From the NCBI GenBank assembly GCA_951406725.2, contig OX597824.1, positions 50,592,001 to 50,656,000 of the forward strand: a DNA stretch of 64,000 nucleotides. The letters are read 5' to 3'. Shown here in pieces: positions 28,216 to 40,115 of the stretch. Position 1 is the stretch's first letter. The number at the start of each line of letters is the position of its first letter. Made by a program: the position numbers and the translations under genes. The notes beneath the pieces were generated by a model. The model did no database searches. It was given only the letters and a program-made list of their open reading frames with translations, and was not told the origin of the DNA. The stretch is from Octopus vulgaris. Lineage: Eukaryota.

Positions 28216-28476
28216 ATGTGGCAGTGTCATACATATAAAAATACCCTGCTTTTGATGTCGAAATTCCAAACAAGGAGCCTTAGGTCTAGGCTAGAAACTG
28301 ACTCTTTCCCTATTGGCAATAAATCTTGAAATAAAACTGAATACAGTAATCCCTTCCCATATGGCTGTTGACTTATCGCGTTTCAGTTATCGCGGTTTAT
28401 CATTTAACTTACGTCGATTACTCCGTGGTGTTGTTTTGCATTTATAATAAAGTAGATATATACAAATTATAAAAAT

Positions 28477-28827
28477 AACAAGAGCATTCAGAGAGCGCAA
28501 ACCTCCGCCAAGGCAACACTAACGTCCTCTCAACAATTAGCCAGAGATGATTTTTAAAATGAGAATATCTTAAATAAACTCAATTGCTTTCAGAAACGAG
28601 AATATTAAAAATGAACCCGACCTCTCTTGAAAATTAAGTAAATCAACCGGAAAAATAGTCCAGAATCCTTGTCCCCAAATTTAAGCAGTTCGTGCCAGTC
28701 ACAAGGCCAAACATCACTGAAAGTGTCGTCCGAATCCATCCAGCGTTTCTTGAGATATTTTGTCCACGGATAAACAAATAAACAAACAAACGTGACTGAA
28801 ACAATACCTCTCCTTTCGCTGAGGCGG
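28477..28827 (-). mobile_element. HINE-like element, uninterrupted copy carrying the empty 15-bp target site (28514-28528)
   Basis: Reverse complement aligns with 10894-11050, 11580-11755 and 16716-16767; contains a single AGGACGTTAGTGTTG. Confidence 0.8.
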
Positions 28828-28944
28828 AAAAAAATGTACAGTACAGTACTATTTCTACTTCGAGGCGGCGTCTATGTATACAGGTTTCTTTCCGTTTCTG
28901 TCTACTAAATCTTTTCGCAAACCTCTGCTCGGCTCGGGACTATA

Positions 28945-29001
<57 letters not shown>

Positions 29002-29202
29002 ATATATATATATATATATATACATTAATATATATGTATGTGTGTGCATGCACACACATGCACACATATCCACTGCTATTTTTCTCGAATTTCTTGTCTT
29101 TATTTTAAGAATATTAGTATAGTTTGTATGACTCTAAACACATTGCTACTTTACATGTGAAACGCAAAATACCCAAATAGTTTACGCAATAGTGTCATCT
29201 GG

Positions 29203-29257
<55 letters not shown>

Positions 29258-29482
29258 TATAGTCCCGAGCCGAGCAGAGGTTTGCGAAAAGATTTAGTAG
29301 ACAGAAACGGAAAGAAACCTGTATACATAGACGCCGCCTCGAAGTAGAAATAGTACTGTACTGTACATTTTTTCCGCCTCAGCGAAAGGAGAGGTATTGT
29401 TTCAGTCACGTTTGTTTGTTTATTTGTTTATCCGTGGACAAAATATCTCAAGAAACGCTGGATGGATTCGGACGACACTTTC
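28719..29482. repeat. Near-identical inverted duplication (~270-bp arms, ~215-bp spacer)
   Basis: 28719-~28990 is the reverse complement of ~29205-29482; differences seen only in homopolymer and TA-tract length. Confidence 0.9.
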
Positions 29483-30283
29483 TCTTCATATATACATGCT
29501 TTATTATTAAAGTTGAAAAAATATCACAAAAAAAACTGCTACAGTTTCATGTTCTCGTTTGTTGGACAGTTGTGACTCTGAATCAACTGTCCGAATAACG
29601 GGAACGTTAAACTGCACTGTTTACATCTACACTAGTAGTCGTGAAACAACATAATTGAATGGAATTCACCCTACAGTACATAAGAAACTTTACATAATAC
29701 GTTACAGAGTTATATGTACATTTTGCTGTGAGTGGCAGGATGCTGTTGGTATGATGTGTGAGTTTACAGTAGTTCACCAATCCATCAATGAAGCAGGATG
29801 TTTGGTATGTATTCCGGGCGTGGTAGGTAAAGAATGCAAAGAATGTCTCCCTCCCCCTTTCTCTTTCTCTCTCTCTCTCTCTCTCGTTGCTCACACGTGA
29901 CTATCAACCATCGTTCCTTTCCTCAATTGACCATCTTTCTGTTCCTGCACGGACGCCCTAAGGACTGGACATCTGTCTCTCTCTTTTCAAAGAAAATATT
30001 TTTTCCAGCGTTCACTATCTTTCCCCTCGTTCTGGTCTAACGACCCTCCATGTTTGTTTTCGTTCAGTTTCCTTGTATGTCTCCACTGTCCCGTTTTTGT
30101 TCCCAACTGCCCCCCCCCCACCCCACAACAAAACCCAAAATTTATTATGGAAGATATGGGAGCAATTGTCTTCGAAGACTCATATTGTCGCCGAATGCTC
30201 GAAATGTGGAGTAGATAGACAACCGACAACTAATGAAGGATTATATATATATAAATATTGATGACTTATTAGCAATTACAACC

Positions 30284-30795
30284 AAAAGGCAAAATTAATA
30301 GAGGTGACAAAAGTGACAGAGTGTACTAGCACCGCTTTTGCTAAAAATAGGAGTTAAAACAACTCAAAAGCAAGAAAGGCACTGTCTTAACGACCGACAA
30401 AGAGAGGTAAGTTCCTAGCGTCCATAGTCGAATCGCGATATCGGATGTTGACGAAGACCATCTTAACCCTCAACAGCGAGACTTAACGACTAGGGTTAAA
30501 CTCGACTACCTCTGTCAGTCCTATAAGAAAAGCCGTTGGAAATATGGGCTGATGTTGAGGACGGTAAAAGCGTAAACAACGAATTAAAAAGGGTGGCTAA
30601 TTAGTTGTGTTTAAACCTAGGCGTTAAGAGTCGCTGATGAGGGTTAAGATGGTCTACGTCAAAATTCGAAATCGTGATCCGACTATAAACGGTGGGAACT
30701 TACCTCCCTTTGTCAGTCGTTAAGACAGGGCTTTCTTGCTTTTAACACTTATCTTTAACAAAAGTGATCTCTTTTATGATCTCTATTAATTTTGC

Positions 30796-30800
<5 letters not shown>
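30284..30800. mobile_element. Diverged inverted pair of PLE-like terminal repeats with hammerheads (30426-30481 minus, degenerate; 30629-30684 plus, intact)
   Basis: Arms match imperfectly (aaaggcaaaattaatagag / ctctattaattttgccttt; gaccatcttaaccctca / tgagggttaagatggtc); TA-rich flanks. Confidence 0.75.
30629..30684 (+). ncRNA. Type I hammerhead ribozyme with intact core
   Basis: agtcg-CTGATGA-gggtt...aattc-GAAA-tc(gt)ga-TC-cgact; perfect 5-bp stem I, AUC triplet. Confidence 0.8.
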
Positions 30801-30841
<41 letters not shown>

Positions 30842-31329
30842 CATGTATGTATATGTATGTATATATATATATATATATATGTATTTATATATATGCAAAT
30901 ATATATGTATATACATGTATATATGTATGTATATATTAATATTTTTTACCTTATAGTATTTATTTACGCATGCTATATTAAACACACATACGATGCATAA
31001 GCGCAAGAGCAAGTGTCTCAAACATTTCTGAGTTGAGCATATAAAAATAAAGTGAGTATTCCCTTATCTAAATATACTATGTACCATTATATTATAATGC
31101 TATTTACCTTGAACATAAATTTACTATATACGGTTCTAATATACTATTATAATTATCATTTACCTTGAACTTAACTATTCTAATATAGTATTAATATATA
31201 AATATATGCATAACTAATGATCCTGTCGTGCTACAGCAATTCTGAGTTCAAATTCGGAATCAACGTACTCGATTTAGTTTGGTACAGCTTCATTTATCTG
31301 GGTATCAGGCAATAAATCTGTTTTTGCTG

Positions 31330-31688
31330 CCCAGAATCGACATAGCATGCCCCGGTGACAACAGGATCAATGTGAAAGAAGAAAAAATAAACAACTACGA
31401 CGATTTGATGTGGGAAATACGAAGGTTGTGGTCAATGAAGAGAGTAGATGTGATACTAATAGTAATTGGTACACCTGGAAATATCAGCACTCAACTACCA
31501 GCATAGCTGGAAAAGATCGGTGCAAGTGTGAAGGTAGAACACCTACAAAAATCAGCATTGCTTGAAAATGCAAGAATTCTTTGCAGGGTTCTCGAAGCAT
31601 GCCCAGTTATCAAGTGTCACCTTAGTCTGCTGGGTGTGGAAAGCTGACACTTTCCATCACAGCAAAATAAGCTGTGAGGTTTCATCAC

Positions 31689-31772
<84 letters not shown>

Positions 31773-31781
31773 GTAGTAGTA

Positions 31782-31860
<79 letters not shown>

Positions 31861-31870
31861 TAATAATAAT
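31330..31870 (+). mobile_element. 3' fragment of an R4/Dong-like non-LTR retrotransposon (restriction-like endonuclease) ending in (TAA)n
   Basis: IDIACPGDNRINVKEEKINNYDDL..EIRRLW...IVIGTPG...HLQKSALL..ARIL is the RLE C-terminus; Dong-type elements are known to target TAA repeats. Confidence 0.75.
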
Positions 31871-31871
31871 A

Positions 31872-32406
31872 AAATGAGCTACAGCAAATATTCTGCTCAA
31901 AAGAAAAGATGGGCTACAGCAAATATTCTGCTCAATACCACAAAAAGATGGGCTACAGCAAATATTCTGCTCAATACCACAGATTTGCTTGTCAGTTGTT
32001 TGACCTTAACCAGTTGAGCATGTCCCTTAGTGGCTGACGATATATGCATCTCTGATCACGAGCAGAAGTAGTGGGGGAGCATCATAGCCATGTGCTGAGA
32101 GGGATGTTTTGGGGTTTGAATAATTCACCTCTGGAAACATGGGTGGTTCTTTCAACATCCTTAAACAACCCTTATTCAGGGACCTTTGAGCGGGATGGGC
32201 TACTCAACCTGAAGAAAATTCTAACTGGGCCTCACCTGCAAGGTCATGTGCTGTTTATCTTAATATGAGATCACCATGTCGCGCACATATGGTTGTGATG
32301 CATGTGCTTGGTGTACCCTTATCAGACGGGTAGTCATGATGAGTATATTGGGCTTCGTATATTTTACCCCAGTGTCACTTTGATGGCATGAACTGCTCTC
32401 TCACTC

Positions 32407-32475
<69 letters not shown>
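31872..32475 (+). mobile_element. Probable LINE 3' end between (TAA)n tracts, with a short triplicated 5' junction
   Basis: 'gctacagcaaatattctgctcaa' occurs three times, then ~430 bp ending directly in (AAT)n. Confidence 0.45.
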
Positions 32476-32476
<1 letters not shown>

Positions 32477-32489
32477 GTTTAAAATTTTG

Positions 32490-32822
32490 CTACAAGGACA
32501 GCATTTTTTTTTTTTGTGAGGAGATGATTCGATTACATCGATTTTTTATCGACCCGGAAAGGATGAAAGGTAAAAATCGATCTCGGCGGAATTTGAACTC
32601 AGGTACAAAGCCCGAAATTTTAAGGGAGGGGACTAGACGATTACATCGACCCCTGTATTTCACTGTTACTTGATTCACTGGTACTTGATTTATCGACCTC
32701 GAAAGGAGGAAAGGCAAAGTGGACCTCAGCGGAATTAATTTGAACTCAAAACGAAAGGACGGATGAAATACCGCTAAGCATTCTGCCCGGCGTGCTAAAT
32801 ATTCTGCCAGCTCGCCGCCTTA
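32490..32822 (-). mobile_element. SINE with tRNA-like head and Nin/Deu-like central domain (relatives at 35930-36345, 54664-55070, 56003-56220)
   Basis: Head aaggcggcgagctggcagaa..ttagcacgccgggc; core ctttgcctttc.tcctttcg.ggtcgataaat.aagtaccag. Confidence 0.7.
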
Positions 32823-33529
32823 ATAATAATAAGTGAACCCTTATCAAGTAGGCTTCAGTCGTGACTATTCAGTCTTCTCTGAAGTATCTCGTAGTGTATT
32901 TTCGTCCCCTACTTATTGGGTTATTTGGGAGTACAGTATAAGAGATTCATCTGCTAACATACATCATTGGCTCGTATATTCTTTAGTCCTTGAGTTAAGT
33001 TTAGCAGTCATAACTAAGGCCATGCTCCAGCATGATATTCTTTCTCATTTGTTCATTTAAAATAAGTATAAAACATACATTGAATAAAATAAAATAAAGA
33101 AAAAAATAAGAATATATGAGAAAAACAATATAATATGTAATGAATAGCAGTAATATATTTGAACAACGTTTATCATAGCCGCCATTTTGCATTTGGTATA
33201 TAGTCCAGATTGAAGTATGTGGTATCATTTATCGTTTATCTTTTACTTGCTTCCGTCATTACGTCTCCCAAAGTAAGGGAGACGTAATAAAACAAACATC
33301 GGTTGTCAAGCTGTGGTGAGGACAAACACAGACACAAAGACACATACACACACAAACACACACAGATATATACATAAATATATATATATACATATATAGA
33401 TATATACATAAACATATGTATATATATAGAGAGATATACACATATATCTTTAGTTTTTTATATGCTAGACCACTGGTGTGAAATTGATATTAATTAAATA
33501 AATATCAAATTACCTCACCCTCATTTTAA

Positions 33530-33577
<48 letters not shown>

Positions 33578-33580
33578 TAT

Positions 33581-33625
<45 letters not shown>

Positions 33626-33747
33626 CATACGCACATATGTGTATGTGTGTATTGACATATATCTACTTACACATATATGTATGCAAACCTCTCTCTCTCT
33701 CTATCTTTCTATCGTTATATCTATCTCTCTAGCTACCTATCTATTTG

Positions 33748-33796
<49 letters not shown>

Positions 33797-34019
33797 CTAT
33801 TCAAATATATAAAGCTACATTTTTTAAAAAGTTATTTTCAAATTTACCTCTGTATTCAAGTGGCCTAGTGGGCATAAGATATTGCAAATAGGCATTTCGT
33901 GAATACTTTAAACATTACACCACCTCATTTTCCAGTTTTCCCTAGCATATCAACACTTTAAAACTATAAAGCCACTAATACATCTTGATTTTTTCTATTT
34001 TGTTTCAGAAAATACTCGA

Positions 34020-35215
34020 CTCCAGTATGCTTAAAGTTAAGAAGTTTTCTGATGTTGAACGTGGGAAAATTCTTGCACTGACTGTGGAAGGAATGAGTAA
34101 CCGGAAAATTACTGAGAAAATTCGGCGAAGCAGAAAGTCTGTGGAGAATTTTCTGAAAGGTCCTGAGAACTACAACAGGGTTCATGCTTGTGAAAGTCCC
34201 AAGGTTGCATGAGAAAGGGATAAAGAGGGGCTACTGTCAGAGTTCCGAAGAAGTCACGCTGCTATTCCGTTTCCAAGCAGGAGTAGGAGCCTCGACATCC
34301 ACCGTAAGAAGAGTGATTTTAAATCATAGTTTCCACCTTGAAGAAGCGGCTAGGGTGTCTGTTATTGTCCCTTCCCACCAAGCTGTTAGATTAGTGTTTG
34401 GTTGGCAGCATCAGATGTGGGATTACGAATGGACCAGGGTTCTTTTCTCTGATGAGAAGAAGTGAAAATGATAACAGCCAAACTATGTTAAGTGATTTTC
34501 TCGTATGAGTACAAACTGGGTCACTCTGCCGCAGAAGCGCTACGGAATGGTTTTGTTGACATCAGAACTGTTCAGAAATGATTCCAAAGCACTCGTTCAG
34601 GGGATGATAGACTTGAAAATAAACTAAGGGGTAGGCCCAAACCAGTTATTCTGGTCGATGGATTAAATGCTTTGGTTGAACAAAATCCGAGAACAAACGC
34701 TCGAAAACTTTCATCAGAACTCCAAACTTCTCGCACAACTGTTTCAGGACACCAGTAAAAAATTGGAAAAAATCAAGAAAATGGATAGGTCTGTTCCACA
34801 TCAACCGAAAGGGATTTAAAAAAATAGACGCCTCGAAGTGTGCTCCTTATTGCTTTCTCCACTGGAAAAAGACCATTTTTGCATCAAATCATTAATTGTG
34901 ATGAGAAATGGATACTCTTTGACAACAGCGGGAGAACAGGACAGTGATTAGATGCAGGAATGTCACCTAAACACAACCCAAATCCTTCATTGCACCCTAA
35001 AAAAGTCTGCGAAGGCAGTTATTCATTATTCATTTTTGCAACAAAGAAAAACGGTAACAGCAACATCGCATTGCCAGGAAATTGATTGTATGCATGAGAA
35101 TTTGAAAAAGAAGCAGCCCAGACTAGTGAATAGAGATGACCCAATTTTGTTCCGCGACAATGCACGTCCTCTCACTCCTCAAGCTACGGTCTAAAAGTAG
35201 CAAAGCCTGAATTAT
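34020..35215 (+). mobile_element. Tc1-like N-terminal fragment (34020-34465) fused to a mariner fossil (34470-35215)
   Basis: HTH-like ERGKILAL...SNRKI and WTRVLFSDEKK; then IINCDEKWILFDN and ILFRDNARP. Confidence 0.75.
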
Positions 35216-35227
35216 GAGATTTATGGC

Positions 35228-35500
35228 ATATGGCATAGTGGTTAAGAGCGCATGCTACTGACCCCAAGATTCCGAGTTCAATTCCAGGCAGTGACCTGAA
35301 TAATAATAGTAATAATAATAATAATAATGATAATAATGATGATAATAATAATAACATTAAAAAATACCTTAGGAATGAGAACCCAAGTTTGAAATTTCTC
35401 CAAGACACCCGAAGGCTGGAGGGTATATCAGCCGAAACGTTGTGTTAACAACAAACAAGATGAGGACAAATATCCGTCAAATGTATATAATGTAAATAAA
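35228..35500 (+). mobile_element. SINE-like element: tRNA-like Pol III head, (AAT)n, then a hammerhead-like motif with a truncated core (35404-35446)
   Basis: A box TGGCATAGTGG, B box GAGTTCAATTCC; gacac-CCGA-a-ggctg(gagggtatat)cagcc-GAAA-cg-TT-gtgtt. Confidence 0.6.
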
Positions 35501-35696
35501 AGAACACGCACACACACACACATGCACATATTATAGGTAGCGGTGATCTGGCAGAATAGTTCAACACCACGCCAGACAAAAATCTGACTTCATATTCCAA
35601 CGTCGTCGACTTTTGCTATTATTCTTTCGGGGTCGATACAATCGACTTACCCCTCACCCGAATTTGTTGTTGTTGTTGTTGTTGTTGTGTGTGTGT

Positions 35697-35751
<55 letters not shown>

Positions 35752-35929
35752 TGCGTGCGTGCGTGTGTGTATGTGTACATGCAATTCTATACGTCAGCAG
35801 TTAAGTACTGTTAATTGTTTTTAGAGAAAGTAAAATATTAATCCGACAAACGAAAAGAAACAAGCAAATAAAATTACTTCCCTTTCCCACCATCCATGTC
35901 ATTAAGAAATAAACGTTTAGTAACATCTG

Positions 35930-36345
35930 CAAGGCGGCGAGTTGGCAGAATCGTTAGCACGCCGGGCGAAATGCTTAGCCGTATTTCGTCTGCCGCTACG
36001 TTCTGAGTTCAAATTCTGCCGAGGTCGACTTTGCCTGTCACCCTTTCAGGGTCGATTAAAAAAGTACCAGTTACGCACCGTGGTCGATATAATTGCCTTA
36101 ATCCGTTTGTCTGTCCTTGTTTGTCCCCTCTGTATTTAGCCCCTTGTGGGTAGTAAAGAAATAGGTATTTCGCCTGTCGCTACGTTGTGAGTTCAAATTC
36201 CGCTTAGGTCGACTTACATCCTTTCATCCTTTTATCCTTTCGGGGTCGATAAATTAAGTACCAGTAAAATACTGAGGTCGATGTACTCGATTATCCCCCT
36301 CCCCCAAATTTCATGCCTTGTACCTATAGTAGAAAGGATTAATAA
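35930..36345 (+). mobile_element. Composite (dimeric) SINE
   Basis: The first unit ends in gccccttgtgggtagtaaagaaata and the sequence restarts at ggtatttcg within the SINE head; the second unit ends gccttgtacctatagtagaaaggatt. Confidence 0.75.
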
Positions 36346-36613
36346 TATCCGCATCTTTAGTGTACTTACCATCTTTCTATGATTACCACATAAATAAATA
36401 TACAGTGCCGTCTTCATGTGTGGGCGTACTGGTCCGTTGGACTGGGAGGACCCACAGGTTAAGGTTCTCACAGGCTTGGGTGGTCCTATTCTAATGTATG
36501 TATGGTGTAGGTTACTGGCAATAAATAAATCTACAAGCACGTGCTCATTTTCCAGGAGGCCTTGAATAAGTCAGTCTTGTACACATGCATGAGTCCGTTC
36601 GTATACATATATA

Positions 36614-36644
<31 letters not shown>

Positions 36645-36653
36645 GTGTGTATG

Positions 36654-36684
<31 letters not shown>

Positions 36685-36911
36685 ATACATATATATATTC
36701 TGTTATTCTTTTACTTGTTTCAGTCATTTTGACTGCGGCTATGCTGGAGCACCGCCTTTAGTCGAACAAATCGACTTATTCTTTGTAAGCCTAGCACTTA
36801 TTCTATCGCTGTCTTTTGCTGAACCACTATTTTACAGAGACGTAAACATACCAACATCAATTTTCAAGCGATGGCGGGGGGTGGACAAACACAGACACAC
36901 AAATACATATA

Positions 36912-36971
<60 letters not shown>

Positions 36972-36973
<2 letters not shown>

Positions 36974-37171
36974 CAATTAAGGACTGAACACGAAAAGTGG
37001 ACAGTCAACATGCTAGATATAGACGTCAAATCGTCATTCACCACAAAAGATTATGTTCTCAGATCAAACTCAAGTTTGATCTGAGAACATAATCTTTTGT
37101 GGTGAATGACGATTTGACGTCTATATCTAGCATGTTGACTGTCCACTTTTCGTGTTCAGTCCTTAATTGGT
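36972..37171. repeat. Perfect palindrome: 99-bp arms, 2-nt loop, inside (TA)n
   Basis: 36972-37070 is the reverse complement of 37073-37171; centre aaact-ca-agttt. Confidence 0.95.
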
Positions 37172-38361
37172 ATATATAAATATTTTAATCTTCGGATTCT
37201 TTTTTAATATGCTAGACCACTGGTCTTAATTGATAAATATCAATTTCTACCCTTAATTAATTATATATATATACATATATATATATATACGAGGAGTTTC
37301 TTTCAGTTCCATCTATGAAATCCACTCACAAGGCTTTGGTCGGCCCGAAGCTACAGTAGAAGACACTTGCCCAAGGTACCAGGCAGTGGGACTGAACCCA
37401 GAACCATATTGTTGGGAAGTAAGTTTCTTACCACTATATATATATATATATATATATCTTTTATCTTGTTTCAGTTTCTATTATGCGGCCATACTGGTGC
37501 ACCGCCTTGAAATTTTAGTCAAATAAACCCAGTACTTTTTTTTTATTTTAAGAAGTGGTACTTTTTCTATCAGTCTTTCTTTTACCGAACCGCTAAGTTA
37601 CGGGGACACAACCACACCAACATCAGTTATCAAGCGGTGATGGAAAGGGGGAAACACAGACACAAAGGCACATATACATATATATACATACATGCATATA
37701 TACGACGGGCTTGTTTCAGTTTCCGTCTACCAAATCCACTCACTAGGCTTTGGTCGGAAGCTATACAAGAAGCTATTATATACGACACTTGTCTACGGTA
37801 GCACGCAGTGGGGCTGAACCCGGAACCATGCAGTGGAGAAGAAAGCTTCTTACTACATTGCCACGCCTACGCCTATATATATATTTATATATATTTAAAC
37901 ATATATGTAAATTTAAAATAATAAGGGTGAAAAATTGAATATTAATTTGATTAATATCAATTTAAAACCAGTGGTCTAGCATATTAAAATCTGAAGATTC
38001 AGAAACATTATATTACATACATATAAAACGAAGACTTTTGAAAGATAACCCCAAGTGTAATTGGTAGAACTGTATACATATTCAATCTCATGCAGACGTC
38101 TCGTCTATAGTTCTTCAAATTATATTTGCAATGACGATCATACTGAAGATCATACTGCGGACAATTACGTAAGTAATTTTGTGTAAGTGTTAATAGCGAA
38201 ATTAGTTTATGATTAATCTATATTTTGTATCTTTTCATTTGCCTTGCTCGCTTACGTTCTGGTGTTCGCTAAATTTTTTTGAGAACATTCCTTTTTTAGT
38301 GGTAAGACCATAGCGGATCTACTTCTGGCATAATGGATGTTCACGTAGAGATCATCCCTCT

Positions 38362-38397
<36 letters not shown>

Positions 38398-38547
38398 CAT
38401 CTTTGTAAAGGATCAACAAAGGTATATTTGACGCGCAGGGAAAATGGAAAAGTATGTGACGTTTGGCGCTTACGCACTTGGATAGAAAGAAATAAAGAAA
38501 GAGAGAAAGAAAAGTAAAACGAGTCTGGATTAACTGCTTCACATGTC

Positions 38548-38590
<43 letters not shown>

Positions 38591-38834
38591 GATATATCTG
38601 TGTGTGTGTGTGTGTATGTATGTACACATGTATGTGTATATATATGAAAGAGTAAGTAATAGTAATGAACTCAAAAGTATCAGAAAAATAATAATAAAAA
38701 CATGATAGTATGTTCAACCAATCATTTATACCATTTATATATATATTTATATATTTATAATATTTGTATACAGAATTTTACACACATCTTTACTGTCAAT
38801 GATATTTGAGCCACATTTCATTGTGGCAGTAACT

Positions 38835-38905
<71 letters not shown>

Positions 38906-39037
38906 TAGTAGTAGTAGGTTCTCGTATCGCATGGTTTTTGTTTACCTCTCCCTGTCATCACCTTCATCACCATCAACAGCCTGTTTCTTTGTTCTGTCTT
39001 ACTTCTGTCGTGTCTCCTGCCTACGTCATGATAACTG

Positions 39038-39069
<32 letters not shown>

Positions 39070-39156
39070 GCGACGACGACGACGACGACGGTGAAGATGA
39101 TGATGATGATAATGATGTCGACGATGATCGTTTTAGTATTCCTCATTGCTGAAATC

Positions 39157-39256
<100 letters not shown>

Positions 39257-40115
39257 GTGTTCTACTCGTTGTCCTCCTTTCCATCCTCTTCCTTCCCTTA
39301 TTTTCTTCCTTTGCTCCTCCTCCTCCTCCTCCTCCTCCTCCTCCTCCACCACCACCACCATCACCACTATCACCATCATCGTTATCATTGTGATCGCTAT
39401 GGCTGTTATTGCATATAACGAATGCCAGTGTGACCGGAGAATTCTTACTCTTCCCCAATACGTAATATAAGAGTACCATGTTAAGCAATCACAAGTGTAT
39501 TTTGAGCAACATATATAAAGTCGTCGACGGCAATATTTCGTTCTTGGAAACACCTGCAGTCTGTCTGCTGCTCTTTCTAACGTATTTTTATCTCACCTTC
39601 CACTTTTCTCTTCATTCTTTTGTACTTGTTATTCTTCTGTTCTTCGCTTTTTGTTTTTCTATTTCCCCTTTACTTGCCTTCCGTGCACTCTTCTTCCTCG
39701 TCTTCTACTAATAGTACTACCACTTCTACTGCAATTACTACTACTACAACTACTACTACTACTACTGCTACAGTTACTTCTTTCAGTTATTATTATGAAT
39801 CAGCATATCTTTGTATATTATTTCTGTTTCTCTCATTTCACTGCCATATTGATGTTGCTTCTGCATTTGTGTTTTGGGGGAGAGTTTTTGTAATGGTCAT
39901 TATTGTTATTATTATTATTGTTGTAATTGTTTTCAAAATGTTTGAAAATAGTTTTTTTTTTACATCCATCATTTGTTTTTGTTTTTGTTATTTAATTTAT
40001 CTTTGTCTTTTTTTTTTCTTTTAAATTAATTACTCACGGACTGAAATGCTGGAAAATTTAAAGTACATAATTTAAAAAAACATAGAAAAACTTCCAACAA
40101 ACTAAGAGAGTTTAA

